From a virus, in the IMG/VR virus record IMGVR_UViG_3300045988_183585, positions 1-64,000 of that record: a stretch of 64,000 nt of DNA. One strand, 5' to 3'. A program made the position numbers and the translations under genes. Within the stretch, counting starts at the first letter, position 1. Each line of letters begins with the position of its first letter. The notes under the pieces were generated by a model. It ran no database searches. It was not told the DNA's origin and was given only the letters and a program-made list of their open reading frames with translations. Below, in pieces: positions 35,823 through 45,315 of this stretch.

Positions 35823-36001
35823 GGTGTTTCTCCTTTCTTTGTTGTCGAAAAATGCAATAAATATATAAAAAAAGACAGCTACCCCAAGATTGGGATAACT
35901 GTCTGAATTTATGTGGTGACTTGGAAAACGGAGATAATCTCCTTTATAAAAATAGCTTCGTAATTATAATTCTATACTACCACAGTTTGATATTTTGTCA
36001 A
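35823..36001 (-). promoter_or_regulatory. reiterated promoter-leader cassette, copy B (lacks the CCCGTAAGTCC segment)
   Basis: Same TTGACA/TAGTAT promoter, palindrome and covarying hairpin as copy A. Confidence 0.6.
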
Positions 36002-36050
36002 TCGTTTTAGGTATCAAATTGCGTTTACTCTATTTGCACTGTTTTTTGAT

Positions 36051-36164
36051 TTTAGTCGGGATTTCCGAATTTTCAAATTGCAATTTTAGTCGGGAAATCA
36101 GAGTTTTAAGAACTAAACTTTAGTCGGGAAAAACCGAATAAAAATTTGAGATTTTAGTCGGGAG
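36051..36164. repeat. four direct repeats (iteron-like) of TTTAGTCGGGA at ~34-bp spacing
   Basis: tttagtcggga begins at ~36051, 36085, 36119 and 36154. These lie immediately upstream (on the minus strand) of promoter copy B. A half-copy ttttagtcg abuts promoter copy D at ~46702. Confidence 0.6.
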
Positions 36165-36255
36165 AACAGGAACAAACATAGTCCATGAAAACCGCATAAC
36201 CAAGCCATTTTCGAGCGTTTTCTTTCTTTCAAATTCAGCGAAAATTGAGAAAAAA

Positions 36256-36284
36256 AGAAAAGCCCCCGAAGGAGCTTTTCTTAG
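36256..36284 (-). terminator. intrinsic terminator ending unit C
   Basis: gaaaagcccc cgaa ggagcttttc followed by a long T-run on the minus strand. Confidence 0.55.
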
Positions 36285-36316
36285 TGGAAAAATCAGTGCT
36301 TTGCTGTGAAAAGTTT

Positions 36317-37723
36317 TCAGGAAAGATGCTCACCCATGAACTTGGCAAAATCATCCCAGAATCCGAAAAAACGATTGCGGATAAGAGTGGGGCGATTGCC
36401 GGCAGTGATATGTCCATCGGTTTCTTCGGCATTCAAGATGCCCCAGAGCTTAACAAGCAGCAGCTTGTACTCAGCGCTCTTTAGAACGATGTGCTGGTCC
36501 TCAACCATATTGTCCCAAAGAGTCCGCAACATCTCACGGTCCTTTGCCTTGGCAAAATCAGCCGTTCGGCAGTACAGCCAAATGGTCTTGAAGTCCCAGA
36601 AGGCTTCACTTTCCGATGACTCCTCCTTGGAGGTATTCTTGCCGCCAGTGACTTCCTGCTTCTTGCCATCGACATCAATGACAACGCCAGTATCGGAGTT
36701 ACGTGCAATAGCATGGATACGCAAGTCCTCGATGAGATTGGTCAGCGCCAAATTCAGGAGCACGTTCCAGTAGCCGTTCATGCTCATGGAAGAAAACCGA
36801 CTAAAGTCTCTGTCATGGATGATTTCAGGGATAGCTTCGACGAGGCAGTGCAGATTCCCCAGCCGCGAAGAGACGCGGTTGAAATCCGCAACGTCCATGG
36901 CAAACAGGTCGCCCTCGTAACCGAGTGCCTTCGCCAGACCGCCAGAGACCTCGTAGTGCTTCTCCACGTGGATGAGGTCGTCCCCATCGTCATCCTCGCC
37001 GGCACTGTCATCCGTGCCTAAATCGGTGAAGAAAGCAACGACTCCCTCAGGAGTCCACGAGTGTGTCGCATCCTCCCGAAGCGCGTTGAATACCCGAACA
37101 GCCAGATTGTTGTTGCCCTCACACACGGCGAGAATCTCGTTCCATGTGTACGAGGCAAACGGTGCCACGCTGCAGTCCTTTCCGGTGATGTAGCAGACCA
37201 AATCAGGGAAGGTCGCCGCATTGTAGACATTGATGTAGCCGTTCAGCCACTTTCCGTCTTTACCAAACGGCTTACCATCCTTTTTACTGCAGATGCCCAT
37301 GACCAGCAGGAGGTGAAGCTCCAGCATAGACAACGGAATGAGCTTCTCTTTGGTCTGATGCAGCCGTTCACGGATATAGAGCTCCGCCAGTTCCGTGGCA
37401 GTCACATTCACGACAGAGCCCTTCTCAGCCTCGGCAAAGAAAACGTCGCTCGCCCCGGAAGTAGGCAGCACGTAGCAGCGTTCTTTTACATAGGCCCGAA
37501 AAACGTTGTCATAAATCTTGATGCCCTTCTTCTTTTTTTCGTCGCTCTCAACCGGAACGAACCGGCAGGACATTTGCCCGAAAACATCATTCTGCATGAT
37601 GTCCTCGTAAGCCTTTGCGAAGTCGATGAGGTCGCCATCCACCACGATACGGTGGTCGCCTTCCATCTTTTCCAGTCCCTTTTCAGGAAATCCAAATAGG
37701 GAGTTGTAGCAAAACTGATTCAT
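36317..37723 (-). CDS. hypothetical protein
   Basis: Start at MNQFCYN, with a GAAAGGAGAAAAAAAGA RBS. Confidence 0.6.
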   Translation of the reverse strand: MNQFCYNSLFGFPEKGLEKMEGDHRIVVDGDLIDFAKAYEDIMQNDVFGQMSCRFVPVESDEKKKKGIKIYDNVFRAYVKERCYVLPTSGASDVFFAEAEKGSVVNVTATELAELYIRERLHQTKEKLIPLSMLELHLLLVMGICSKKDGKPFGKDGKWLNGYINVYNAATFPDLVCYITGKDCSVAPFASYTWNEILAVCEGNNNLAVRVFNALREDATHSWTPEGVVAFFTDLGTDDSAGEDDDGDDLIHVEKHYEVSGGLAKALGYEGDLFAMDVADFNRVSSRLGNLHCLVEAIPEIIHDRDFSRFSSMSMNGYWNVLLNLALTNLIEDLRIHAIARNSDTGVVIDVDGKKQEVTGGKNTSKEESSESEAFWDFKTIWLYCRTADFAKAKDREMLRTLWDNMVEDQHIVLKSAEYKLLLVKLWGILNAEETDGHITAGNRPTLIRNRFFGFWDDFAKFMGEHLS

Positions 37724-37746
37724 TCTTTTTTTCTCCTTTCGATTTT

Positions 37747-38331
37747 TCAATAGAACACGCCGACTTTCAGCGCCTCAATAGGCAGGGAAAACTCCGGGCC
37801 CGCCTCACCGTTGGAATCTGTGGCATACAGCCACGCCGCCGCAACGCCGTTTTCATCGACGCCGGTACGTACCACAGTGACGACCTCGCCATCACAGCAG
37901 CAAAGCATACCTTCGCTGTTGAATAGCTCATAGTAAGTCGGTTCGCTGCCGTCAGGGAAGGTCTCAACTTCCAGCTTATTGGGCGCTACGCTCATATTGC
38001 AGTCATTGATGACCTTCAACGAGATACCGATGCGCTCGCCGGCCTTGATGGTCCATTCACTGCAGGAAGTGGGTTCGCCGGAAAGTGAAAACCGCTTTGT
38101 TTTCCCTTTCGTTTGGAAACCCTTCTCGGCTTCATCCACCTTCTTGCGGATGGCACTGAACATGGCATTGACCTGTTCTTCTGTGTAGTATCCGCTATAA
38201 CGGGTAGACAGGCACTCCAGCATATTCAGACTCTCCAAAACACGCTCGACACGCTTTTCGGCGGTTCTGATGAACATATCCCGTTTTGCCTTGGCGATTT
38301 CTTCGGCGGAACGAGTTGCTTTACGTCCCAT
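37747..38331 (-). CDS. hypothetical protein
   Basis: 194-aa ORF. Confidence 0.55.
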   Translation of the reverse strand: MGRKATRSAEEIAKAKRDMFIRTAEKRVERVLESLNMLECLSTRYSGYYTEEQVNAMFSAIRKKVDEAEKGFQTKGKTKRFSLSGEPTSCSEWTIKAGERIGISLKVINDCNMSVAPNKLEVETFPDGSEPTYYELFNSEGMLCCCDGEVVTVVRTGVDENGVAAAWLYATDSNGEAGPEFSLPIEALKVGVFY

Positions 38332-38347
38332 AATTTTTCTCCTTTCT

Positions 38348-38581
38348 TCACCAGTCGTCGCCCGTGCATTCCCGCAGGATGACGAGCTTTGTGTTCACAA
38401 CCTTACAGTCGCAATAGACTTTGAGCCTTTCACCAAGCAAGTCCTTGAGTTCCGGCGTGGGTGGCAGTAATGTCGGCTGGATGCAGCCGCACTCGCTCAT
38501 TGCCAGAAACGGAGCGTCGGGAGGGAAGATTGGCCGCTGGATTTTGACTTTGTATACGCGGTCATCAGCCTTCTTACTCAT
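38348..38581 (-). CDS. small hypothetical protein
   Basis: Start at MSKKADDR, with GGAGG 6 nt upstream. Overlaps the upstream gene's 3' end. Confidence 0.4.
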   Translation of the reverse strand: MSKKADDRVYKVKIQRPIFPPDAPFLAMSECGCIQPTLLPPTPELKDLLGERLKVYCDCKVVNTKLVILRECTGDDW

Positions 38582-39380
38582 GGACGACCTCCACTTCCGG
38601 CACATCGAAACGACTGTCTTTATACAGTGTGATGTCGTTTTTGACCAGCCGAATCGACGTGACCAGTGAGGTGAGCTCATGCGCCCCTGCCCACTTCTTC
38701 TCGAAATCCATCAGCGTATAATCGCCATTTACATTCGAGAAGGGAATGGACAGAATTTCACTTCCCGCATCGTAAGAAACGGCGGGTACGGTAGCAGCCA
38801 GAGCGTCCCAATCCTCACGCAGCATACGCTGGACGTTCTCACAGACGGAGTTGAAGAAGTTTGTACCGCAAGAGCCACGGGTTGTGAAATCGAAATACAG
38901 ATAGCTTACAAAGCCATCCATCGTATTCAGCCGCACTTCTGTCGTGAATCGCTGCTCGGCATTGCCGGCCCCGATGACAGGAGTCTCACAGCGAGGCAGC
39001 CAGCATCGTGCCTCAGGGTTTTTGTAGATGATATAGAAGCACTCAATATCACCATACGACCCGTCAGGCAGGGAAGACACGCAGTTCTTCGTCGCCAGAT
39101 ATTTCGCACACGGTGCAAACAGCAACGCATGGAAAATCTGTTTTTCCTCAGAAACACCCTTGTCGCACTGCAGCGCTGAAACCAGCTCGCCGGTCTCGAC
39201 GATGCGGTAGCCCGCCATGAGTCCCGTAGTGGGCAGACAGTCCATCACATACTCGCGGTCGTCGATGCGAAAACTATGCAGTGCAAACGACGGAGTTCCC
39301 GGCGCAGCCTCATGGATGCGAGGGTCGAGGAACTCCGCGATTTCACGATGCAAAATAGGCATCTCGATTGTCCTTTTCAT
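38574..39380 (-). CDS. hypothetical protein
   Basis: 268-aa ORF. Confidence 0.55.
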   Translation of the reverse strand: MKRTIEMPILHREIAEFLDPRIHEAAPGTPSFALHSFRIDDREYVMDCLPTTGLMAGYRIVETGELVSALQCDKGVSEEKQIFHALLFAPCAKYLATKNCVSSLPDGSYGDIECFYIIYKNPEARCWLPRCETPVIGAGNAEQRFTTEVRLNTMDGFVSYLYFDFTTRGSCGTNFFNSVCENVQRMLREDWDALAATVPAVSYDAGSEILSIPFSNVNGDYTLMDFEKKWAGAHELTSLVTSIRLVKNDITLYKDSRFDVPEVEVVHE

Positions 39381-39448
39381 AGCTTTGCTCCTTTCATCCC
39401 CTGCGTCCCCTCAAAAGTGAGGACGCAGGGGCTTGTGTTATTCGAAAA

Positions 39449-39757
39449 TTATGCTTCACGCACGGGCGGCCACACATAGTTGAACGGAAACATCCCGCGA
39501 TACTTGTGCGAAACCGCCCGCTTTGCGGCCTCAGCGCTCTTGTATCCATAGCCCTGCGCGTCATCGTAAATGATGCCGATATTCTCGGCATCCACTACGA
39601 TATAGCGGAACAATGCCTCCCCATCGTAACGATGCGGGTACAGCCTCGCAGAGACAACACAAGGTTTCGGGTCTACCACCGCAATGGGCAGCAACGTGAC
39701 AGTGCCGCAAATGGCGTTCTTGAGATAACGCTTGTCAGGGAATCTCAGAAGGCTCAT
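39449..39757 (-). CDS. hypothetical protein
   Basis: 102-aa ORF. Confidence 0.5.
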   Translation of the reverse strand: MSLLRFPDKRYLKNAICGTVTLLPIAVVDPKPCVVSARLYPHRYDGEALFRYIVVDAENIGIIYDDAQGYGYKSAEAAKRAVSHKYRGMFPFNYVWPPVREA

Positions 39758-40179
39758 GCCTCATCACCGCCGCTGACCGCCTCGTAGTTGAGACGCGCCT
39801 GCAGGATGTTCAGCACTTTCTCGACGGCGTTCTGCCACGTGGAGTTGACGTCATTGTTGCAGTCGGCATCGTGCTCAAACTGAGCGACGATATCGTTCAG
39901 CACATAGTTCGGAGACTCCTCATCGACCAGAGATACCGGCTCAGTGTCACCGAACTTTTCCTTGAAGCTCTCCAGCTTCTCGGCGTCGTCCTCGTTATCA
40001 GGGTCGAAGTCGCTGACGTCGAAGCCCAGATACGTGCAGAGCTGGCCTTCCGCATCCATCAGCCGGTAGTATCGCTCCTGTTCGCGGTATGCGGTCTCCA
40101 GCTCGCTGCGGGTCAGCTCGATTTCGACAGTGATAGTGGCCTTGGGGTCGGGAATCGGAATATTACGGGTGATAGTCAT
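39754..40179 (-). CDS. acidic hypothetical protein
   Basis: 141-aa ORF. Confidence 0.5.
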   Translation of the reverse strand: MTITRNIPIPDPKATITVEIELTRSELETAYREQERYYRLMDAEGQLCTYLGFDVSDFDPDNEDDAEKLESFKEKFGDTEPVSLVDEESPNYVLNDIVAQFEHDADCNNDVNSTWQNAVEKVLNILQARLNYEAVSGGDEA

Positions 40180-40212
40180 GTTTTTTTCTCCTTTCTTTCA
40201 AAAAGCTGGCGC

Positions 40213-40656
40213 TCAGGCCAGCAGTGACATACCAAGCCGAACAGTCTTCAGAGGAAACTGGTCGGCATCGAGACGGAATGTTGTGCCGCAGTCGGAGCAA
40301 CGTGCTTCGGGACCGTAGGCACTTCCGTGCTTCGGGCCGAACTTCAGGCTTCCGCAGATGGGACAGGTGGCACAGAGCAGAGTCGCTCCTCGTACCTGAA
40401 TATCCAGAACGCTGGTGCCGGCAGGTGAGTTCGTCCAGCCCGCCAGATAAGCAGGGGAGACGCCCAGCACCTCAGCGAAGCGTTCCAAAGTCTTCAGGGG
40501 GATATTCTCCACTCGCCCAGACTCATACTTGTAGATGGTCTGCGGTGTCACTTCACACCGTTCTGCAAGCTGGCTCTGGGATAGTTCCAGAGACAATCGT
40601 GCATTCTTGATGCGGACAGCAGCAAGCGGCAGGGAAGTGGTCTGAGAAGTGCTCAC
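40213..40656 (-). CDS. XRE-family HTH regulator with C-terminal zinc ribbon
   Basis: LSQSQLAERCEVTPQTIYKYESGR is a helix-turn-helix. C-terminal CPICG..CSDCG. Confidence 0.65.
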   Translation of the reverse strand: MSTSQTTSLPLAAVRIKNARLSLELSQSQLAERCEVTPQTIYKYESGRVENIPLKTLERFAEVLGVSPAYLAGWTNSPAGTSVLDIQVRGATLLCATCPICGSLKFGPKHGSAYGPEARCSDCGTTFRLDADQFPLKTVRLGMSLLA

Positions 40657-41276
40657 ACCGCATCTCCTTCCTCAAAGGGCTGCCAATAAGCAGTCATCTT
40701 GTAGAAGGAAATGAACGGCTTCTCCAATCCGTTTGCCTTGGCAAATGCTTTCGCTGCCGCCTCGTCCTTGAATACGATGGAGTCCTGAATACACTCGTTG
40801 AAACGAATGCTGTAGGAACCCACAGAAGGGACAACGGAGAGGTCGATACCAAGCGTCTTATCCTGCTGGTTCAGCAGAAAGACGTAGGTACAGAACACGC
40901 TCTTGACCTTCTCCAACATACCGGTGTCCTCGATGTCGATGCCACGGGACTCGTACACCTCTGCGATGCGCTCATAGCCCATCTCTTTGAAAGCCTCGCG
41001 GATGCGGGGGTCAAAGCAGAAATGGGTGACACGCAGAATCTCGCCCTCCAGCTTCATAATCCGGTCGTCGATGGGGACGTCCTGATTAAAGGCGGAGCAG
41101 GCATCTTTCGCAGCGTGTTCCAGCCAGTTGGTAATACCATCAATGTTCCTCCCCGCAGCGGAGATGATTTTCTTGATGGGGATTCTCACAATCTTGTTCA
41201 CAACAAGATTGCAGAAGGCCAGATAGAAGCCGGTCTCGTTCAGTGCTTCAACGACCGTCTTGAAGTTCTTGGTCAT
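40653..41276 (-). CDS. hypothetical protein
   Basis: 207-aa ORF. Confidence 0.55.
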   Translation of the reverse strand: MTKNFKTVVEALNETGFYLAFCNLVVNKIVRIPIKKIISAAGRNIDGITNWLEHAAKDACSAFNQDVPIDDRIMKLEGEILRVTHFCFDPRIREAFKEMGYERIAEVYESRGIDIEDTGMLEKVKSVFCTYVFLLNQQDKTLGIDLSVVPSVGSYSIRFNECIQDSIVFKDEAAAKAFAKANGLEKPFISFYKMTAYWQPFEEGDAV

Positions 41277-41318
41277 GGTGCTTTCTCCTTTCTTCTTGAG
41301 TATAGCGTGCGGGAATGC

Positions 41319-41882
41319 TCAGACACGGTCGTGTACGCAATCACCATTCCCATCCATCACAGAATCGTGCTGGAGGAAGGTGTCGTGGTACAGTGCCTTG
41401 CCAAACGCCTTGCAGACGGGGCATTCCCAGCTCACCTCCGTACCATCGTTGTAGTCGATTTCACGGTCGCCCTGATATTCGACCTCGGCGCCACACACGG
41501 GGCAGACGTCCTCCTCATCGCCGTTGGGGTGCAGGAATGGGATACGCTTGCCCTGAGGGTCGGTGAAGGGAACGACTATGCGCTGAATAACGGCCAACAG
41601 AACGTCGATGTCGGCGTTTGCCATCATCAGCGCGATGCGTCCGACCTCCAGCTTGAAGTCCTCGGAAAAGATGTTCCCTTGGATAGTCGCCGCGATAGCC
41701 GCAGGATGCGCCATGGCCGCGACGGTATCACGTCCCAGCGAAATGAGGGCGTTGAGTGCCATAATGAACACGGTATGACCGGATTCGGTATAGGCCTTAT
41801 CAAGCTCCTCATAGGCGGTGGCATCGTGATTCTTACGACGCTGTGCGTCCAAACGGGCAATTTCATTAGGATAGTCAGTCAT
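41319..41882 (-). CDS. hypothetical protein with C-terminal zinc ribbon, first gene of unit C
   Basis: CPVCGA..CPVCKA. The start follows the cassette RBS. Confidence 0.55.
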   Translation of the reverse strand: MTDYPNEIARLDAQRRKNHDATAYEELDKAYTESGHTVFIMALNALISLGRDTVAAMAHPAAIAATIQGNIFSEDFKLEVGRIALMMANADIDVLLAVIQRIVVPFTDPQGKRIPFLHPNGDEEDVCPVCGAEVEYQGDREIDYNDGTEVSWECPVCKAFGKALYHDTFLQHDSVMDGNGDCVHDRV

Positions 41883-42082
41883 GAATTTCTCCTTTCTCCC
41901 AGCCTGTTATAAGGACTTACGGGAACACAAATGTATGAAAATATATAAAAAAGACAGCTATCCCCGAAAAAGGATAACTGTCTGAATTTACGTATGGTGA
42001 CTTGGAAAACGGAGATAATCTCCTTTATAAAAATAGCTTCGTAATTATAATTCTATACTACCACAGTTTGATATTTTGTCAA
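41883..42082 (-). promoter_or_regulatory. reiterated promoter-leader cassette, copy C
   Basis: Same elements as copy A. The hairpin is agacagctatcc ccgaaaa aggataactgtct, with compensatory changes relative to other copies. Confidence 0.6.
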
Positions 42083-42096
42083 TGATTCTGTGGGTA

Positions 42097-42124
42097 AAAA
42101 AAAGAAGCCCTTTCGGGCCTCTTT
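42097..42124 (-). terminator. intrinsic terminator ending unit D
   Basis: aagaagccc tttc gggcctctt plus an A/T run. Confidence 0.55.
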
Positions 42125-42126
42125 AA

Positions 42127-42348
42127 TTACTTCTTAGAGCGCTTTTCCATCTTTGCTACAAGTTCAGCAAGCTGCTGCTTTGTCTCGCCTCGGACGATTC
42201 CCTCGAAAATTTCCCACACGCCATCCTTGCGTTTGTAAACTGCTGTCTGTGGAGCTTTCTCCTTGCGGGCAGTCGTAACCTCGTTTTCAGTGATGTCGGG
42301 AGGTGAGCCCGCTATTTTGCACCATGCGCGGATATATGGATAATCCAT
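42127..42348 (-). CDS. small hypothetical protein
   Basis: Start at MDYPYIRAW, with an AAAGGAAG RBS. Confidence 0.45.
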   Translation of the reverse strand: MDYPYIRAWCKIAGSPPDITENEVTTARKEKAPQTAVYKRKDGVWEIFEGIVRGETKQQLAELVAKMEKRSKK

Positions 42349-42350
42349 TC

Positions 42351-43070
42351 TCACAGACTTCCTTTCGGTTTGATTTTCGGCGCATACATATCTTTGCCCT
42401 GCTTTTCGTAGAAAAGCGTCTGCGTTTTGTTTGTCCCATCAGGTCTGATGTTCTGATACGAAGGATGCTTTGGAAAAGCTGCCATCAGCTTTCTGAACCG
42501 CGCCACCGCCTCTGAAGGCTTGCATTTTGCGGCCACATAGTAGTTCAACGGGCTTGCCTGCCCAAATGTCATAACTTCGGAATGTGGGCGCTTCATCATC
42601 TCAATGACCTCGTCCGTGAAAGCCCCACGGATTGAATCCGGTGTCTTGGTGCCATCCTCGTTGGCATAGGCCTCCAGATTCATTTTATCGAAACGAATAA
42701 TGGGGTCGATGATGTGCTTGCCATCCACGACAACAAAGCTGTGGTGGGTAGGGACGGCATCGCCTACGAATAGCCAGCCGGCATACGGCACGGCGTTCTT
42801 CACGCCTGCGGCAGCCAGAGCGTCCAGTATGCGCTGGGTGTTCTGATAGCAGTAGCCAACATCGACCTCCGTGGCATCGAAGGTCTGACGGATGGTGTCG
42901 GTCTCTGTACCTGAGGGGAAGGGACGTGTGTTGTCATAGCTAAATACTTCCATTGTCCCTGTCAGCGGATACATCTGCGAGGGTATTTTAATAGGTTTTT
43001 CGCTGAATGATGGGTTGGTGTAGATAGCGTGAGAGCGTAACACCTCAAGGCTGCTTTGGTTATTCTGCAT
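42351..43070 (-). CDS. hypothetical protein
   Basis: 239-aa ORF. Confidence 0.55.
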   Translation of the reverse strand: MQNNQSSLEVLRSHAIYTNPSFSEKPIKIPSQMYPLTGTMEVFSYDNTRPFPSGTETDTIRQTFDATEVDVGYCYQNTQRILDALAAAGVKNAVPYAGWLFVGDAVPTHHSFVVVDGKHIIDPIIRFDKMNLEAYANEDGTKTPDSIRGAFTDEVIEMMKRPHSEVMTFGQASPLNYYVAAKCKPSEAVARFRKLMAAFPKHPSYQNIRPDGTNKTQTLFYEKQGKDMYAPKIKPKGSL

Positions 43071-43218
43071 TTAGGTCCTCCATCATCTTTGCTACTGTCT
43101 CGTAGGGCCCGCGTAGGTCTTTGTCTTGTTCAGACAGGCTCATTGCAGCAACGGTCGTTTCGTTCGGGACCTCAGCGATATCGTCGATTGTAGGGTTAGG
43201 CTTTATAGACATATTCAC
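43060..43218 (-). CDS. small ORF (~52 aa) below the ORF-track cut-off, overlapping the downstream start
   Basis: GTG/ATG start with AGGAGG 8 nt upstream. Product MSIKPNPTIDDIAEVPNETTVAAMSLSEQDK... Overlaps the next gene by ~11 nt. Confidence 0.3.
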   Translation of the reverse strand: MNMSIKPNPTIDDIAEVPNETTVAAMSLSEQDKDLRGPYETVAKMMEDLNAE

Positions 43219-43336
43219 GCTTATATCCTCCTATTACTCTTGTTTTCATTATAGCTCATTTGTTCATTTCCGTCAAACAAAGCCTGAAAAAAGGGCTACC
43301 ATAAAGGTAGCCCTCAGACGTTGTAAAAATCTCCTT

Positions 43337-43951
43337 TCAGGGGCGAATTGCATCAACGCAGCCATTTGTCTCCTTGCTTAAAGTAGACAGCGTTTCGTTA
43401 CAAGCCGTATCTGCACCCTCTAAAATCAATCGCAAGAACTCGCTGAGTTCTTCTGATTGGTGTTTAATAGATTGGTACAATACTGTTCTTTTCGCACCTT
43501 CCCCTGTCACTTTGCACTTTGCTTGCACTTTCACCAAAGCGATAACTCGCTCAAACACCTCATCAAGATTCTCTCTCGTAAGTGCTTTATAGATGTTATC
43601 CTTTTGGGAATCTTCAAGCGGTTCCACAGCATTTCGACAGGACTCATATATGACTTTTGCCAGTTTTCTGGGGCTTGCACCAGACAGCTCATCAGCCCGC
43701 GCAAGAGCATCATTACTGAGCCCAAGCAAATAATCTGAAGAAATATAGTAGATTTCCGAGATTCGCTTGAGATATTCCCCGCTGGGAACGACTTTCCCTT
43801 GACGCCACTTCGCAATTATCGCCGCCGAAACATTGAGCTTTGTGGTTGCCGTTGCTGATGTATCACCGTTGGCAGCCATCAACGCACGGAAACGTTTACC
43901 GAAAACCTTAGCCGTCTCTTTTTCAAAGTTTTCCATCTGTACCTCCATCAA
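43337..43951 (-). CDS. XRE-family HTH regulator
   Basis: The HTH region ends ..YYISSDYLLGLSNDAL. The start is either M1 or M6 (MENFEK, with a GGAGGT RBS). Confidence 0.6.
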   Translation of the reverse strand: MMEVQMENFEKETAKVFGKRFRALMAANGDTSATATTKLNVSAAIIAKWRQGKVVPSGEYLKRISEIYYISSDYLLGLSNDALARADELSGASPRKLAKVIYESCRNAVEPLEDSQKDNIYKALTRENLDEVFERVIALVKVQAKCKVTGEGAKRTVLYQSIKHQSEELSEFLRLILEGADTACNETLSTLSKETNGCVDAIRP

Positions 43952-44400
43952 AACGGCAAATCAACAGGCCCATCTGTCAGAGATACAGATACGCTCTCAG
44001 TAGCGGGCTTCTGCTGCATCGCCTTCAGAATAGCGTTCTGTTGCTGCAGCAATGCATTCTGTTGGGCAATGAGAGAATTCTGCTTTGCTATGAGCTGCAG
44101 CGCCGAGTTGTAGAAGGCTCGTGCGGGAACAGCCGGATATGCCGCCTCATCGGGGATGTCTTTTATCTGCTGGGTCTCAGATTGACCCAGCAGATAATCA
44201 ACAGAGACATTGTAAACATCCGCAATTTTAGCGAAGTAATCAATGCTCGGCACGATACGCCCACGCAGCCACGTTGAGACAGCTTCCGGAGCGACACCGA
44301 TAATCCTTGCAGCTTCCGTCACGGAGTCGCCGTTGTCTTCCATCAAAGACGTAAAACGTTCGACAAAAGACTTTTTGAGCTTTTCCAAAAAGGCATCCAT
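43948..44400 (-). CDS. XRE-family HTH regulator with Q-rich coiled C-terminus
   Basis: Start at MDAFLEKL. HTH EAARIIGVAPEAVSTWLRGR. ..NVSVDYLLGQSE. Confidence 0.65.
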   Translation of the reverse strand: MDAFLEKLKKSFVERFTSLMEDNGDSVTEAARIIGVAPEAVSTWLRGRIVPSIDYFAKIADVYNVSVDYLLGQSETQQIKDIPDEAAYPAVPARAFYNSALQLIAKQNSLIAQQNALLQQQNAILKAMQQKPATESVSVSLTDGPVDLPF

Positions 44401-44414
44401 TGTGGGCACCTCCC

Positions 44415-45263
44415 TTACAGGCAGACAGTAGTTTCCGCTGAGACCCGAATGACACGCAGAGTGCAAAGGTCCATATCTGGATAGAAGTCCATCACCGTTT
44501 TCCGCAACTCATCGAGAGTCTTGAAATCCCTGTCAATGAGCAGAACAGGACCGCTGGTATCGTACCAGTTATCCTCGTTTTCCTCGGAATAGATATCTTC
44601 ATCTTCGTCGATGGTGCCGCAGTAAATCTGAGCGTCTCTGACGTAGGGACTGTCCGTGAAGACCATATACCGTCCAGCCTCAGAAGTCTTGTCCGCGACG
44701 CTGGCCGTGCAGCCCGCATCGCACTTGCTGCAGAAATCGTCGCAGCCATCCTCGTGGATACGCGGCGCGGCGCCGGTAATGAACGGAGCACGGCAAATAC
44801 CGGAAGCATCCGCAAAGGCGCACAACTCAGAGTCGCACTCGCAGCACAGCTCGTTCCGATAAGTCAGAGTAGCGATGGTAGCTGTGTTGTCCTCGCCATG
44901 ACCGTAAAGCAGCGCAGCGATGCCCTTGGAATAGCGTTCATCGAACCAGTGCCAGATGTCTTCACGAGGAGTGCCGGCGGGGAAGTGGAGGAACGCATCC
45001 TCCATCTTCTCGGTGTCCGGATTCATCGGGACATCCGTGAACTCATCCCACAGTTTTTCCAGCTCGGCGTCTCGCTGCTTCAGCGGCATGAACTTCACCG
45101 TCTCAACCTGTCCCTCCAGCGAAGCGACACGCTTATTCAGCTTATCGTATTTGACGGCGTGGGCGCAGTTGGCATCGGGGAAGTCGCGGTTATAACAGAC
45201 ATCCTTGCAAAAGTAAGTGGCAGGGCAGGTCCTGCAGCGGGTCTTTGTATTGTGCTTGGTCAT
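44415..45263 (-). CDS. Cys-rich hypothetical protein
   Basis: Numerous Cys pairs (CRTCPATYFCKDVC, CCECDSELC, CSKCDAGC). Confidence 0.55.
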   Translation of the reverse strand: MTKHNTKTRCRTCPATYFCKDVCYNRDFPDANCAHAVKYDKLNKRVASLEGQVETVKFMPLKQRDAELEKLWDEFTDVPMNPDTEKMEDAFLHFPAGTPREDIWHWFDERYSKGIAALLYGHGEDNTATIATLTYRNELCCECDSELCAFADASGICRAPFITGAAPRIHEDGCDDFCSKCDAGCTASVADKTSEAGRYMVFTDSPYVRDAQIYCGTIDEDEDIYSEENEDNWYDTSGPVLLIDRDFKTLDELRKTVMDFYPDMDLCTLRVIRVSAETTVCL

Positions 45264-45315
45264 GTGTTTTTCTCCTTTCTTTCTTCGTCCAGAATCGACA
45301 CTAAACTACACGTTT

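Noticed and set aside
36051-36164. Iteron repeats as a mini-CRISPR
   Set aside because: Only four copies of an 11-mer with A/T-rich 22-bp spacers of similar sequence. Better explained as protein-binding sites.
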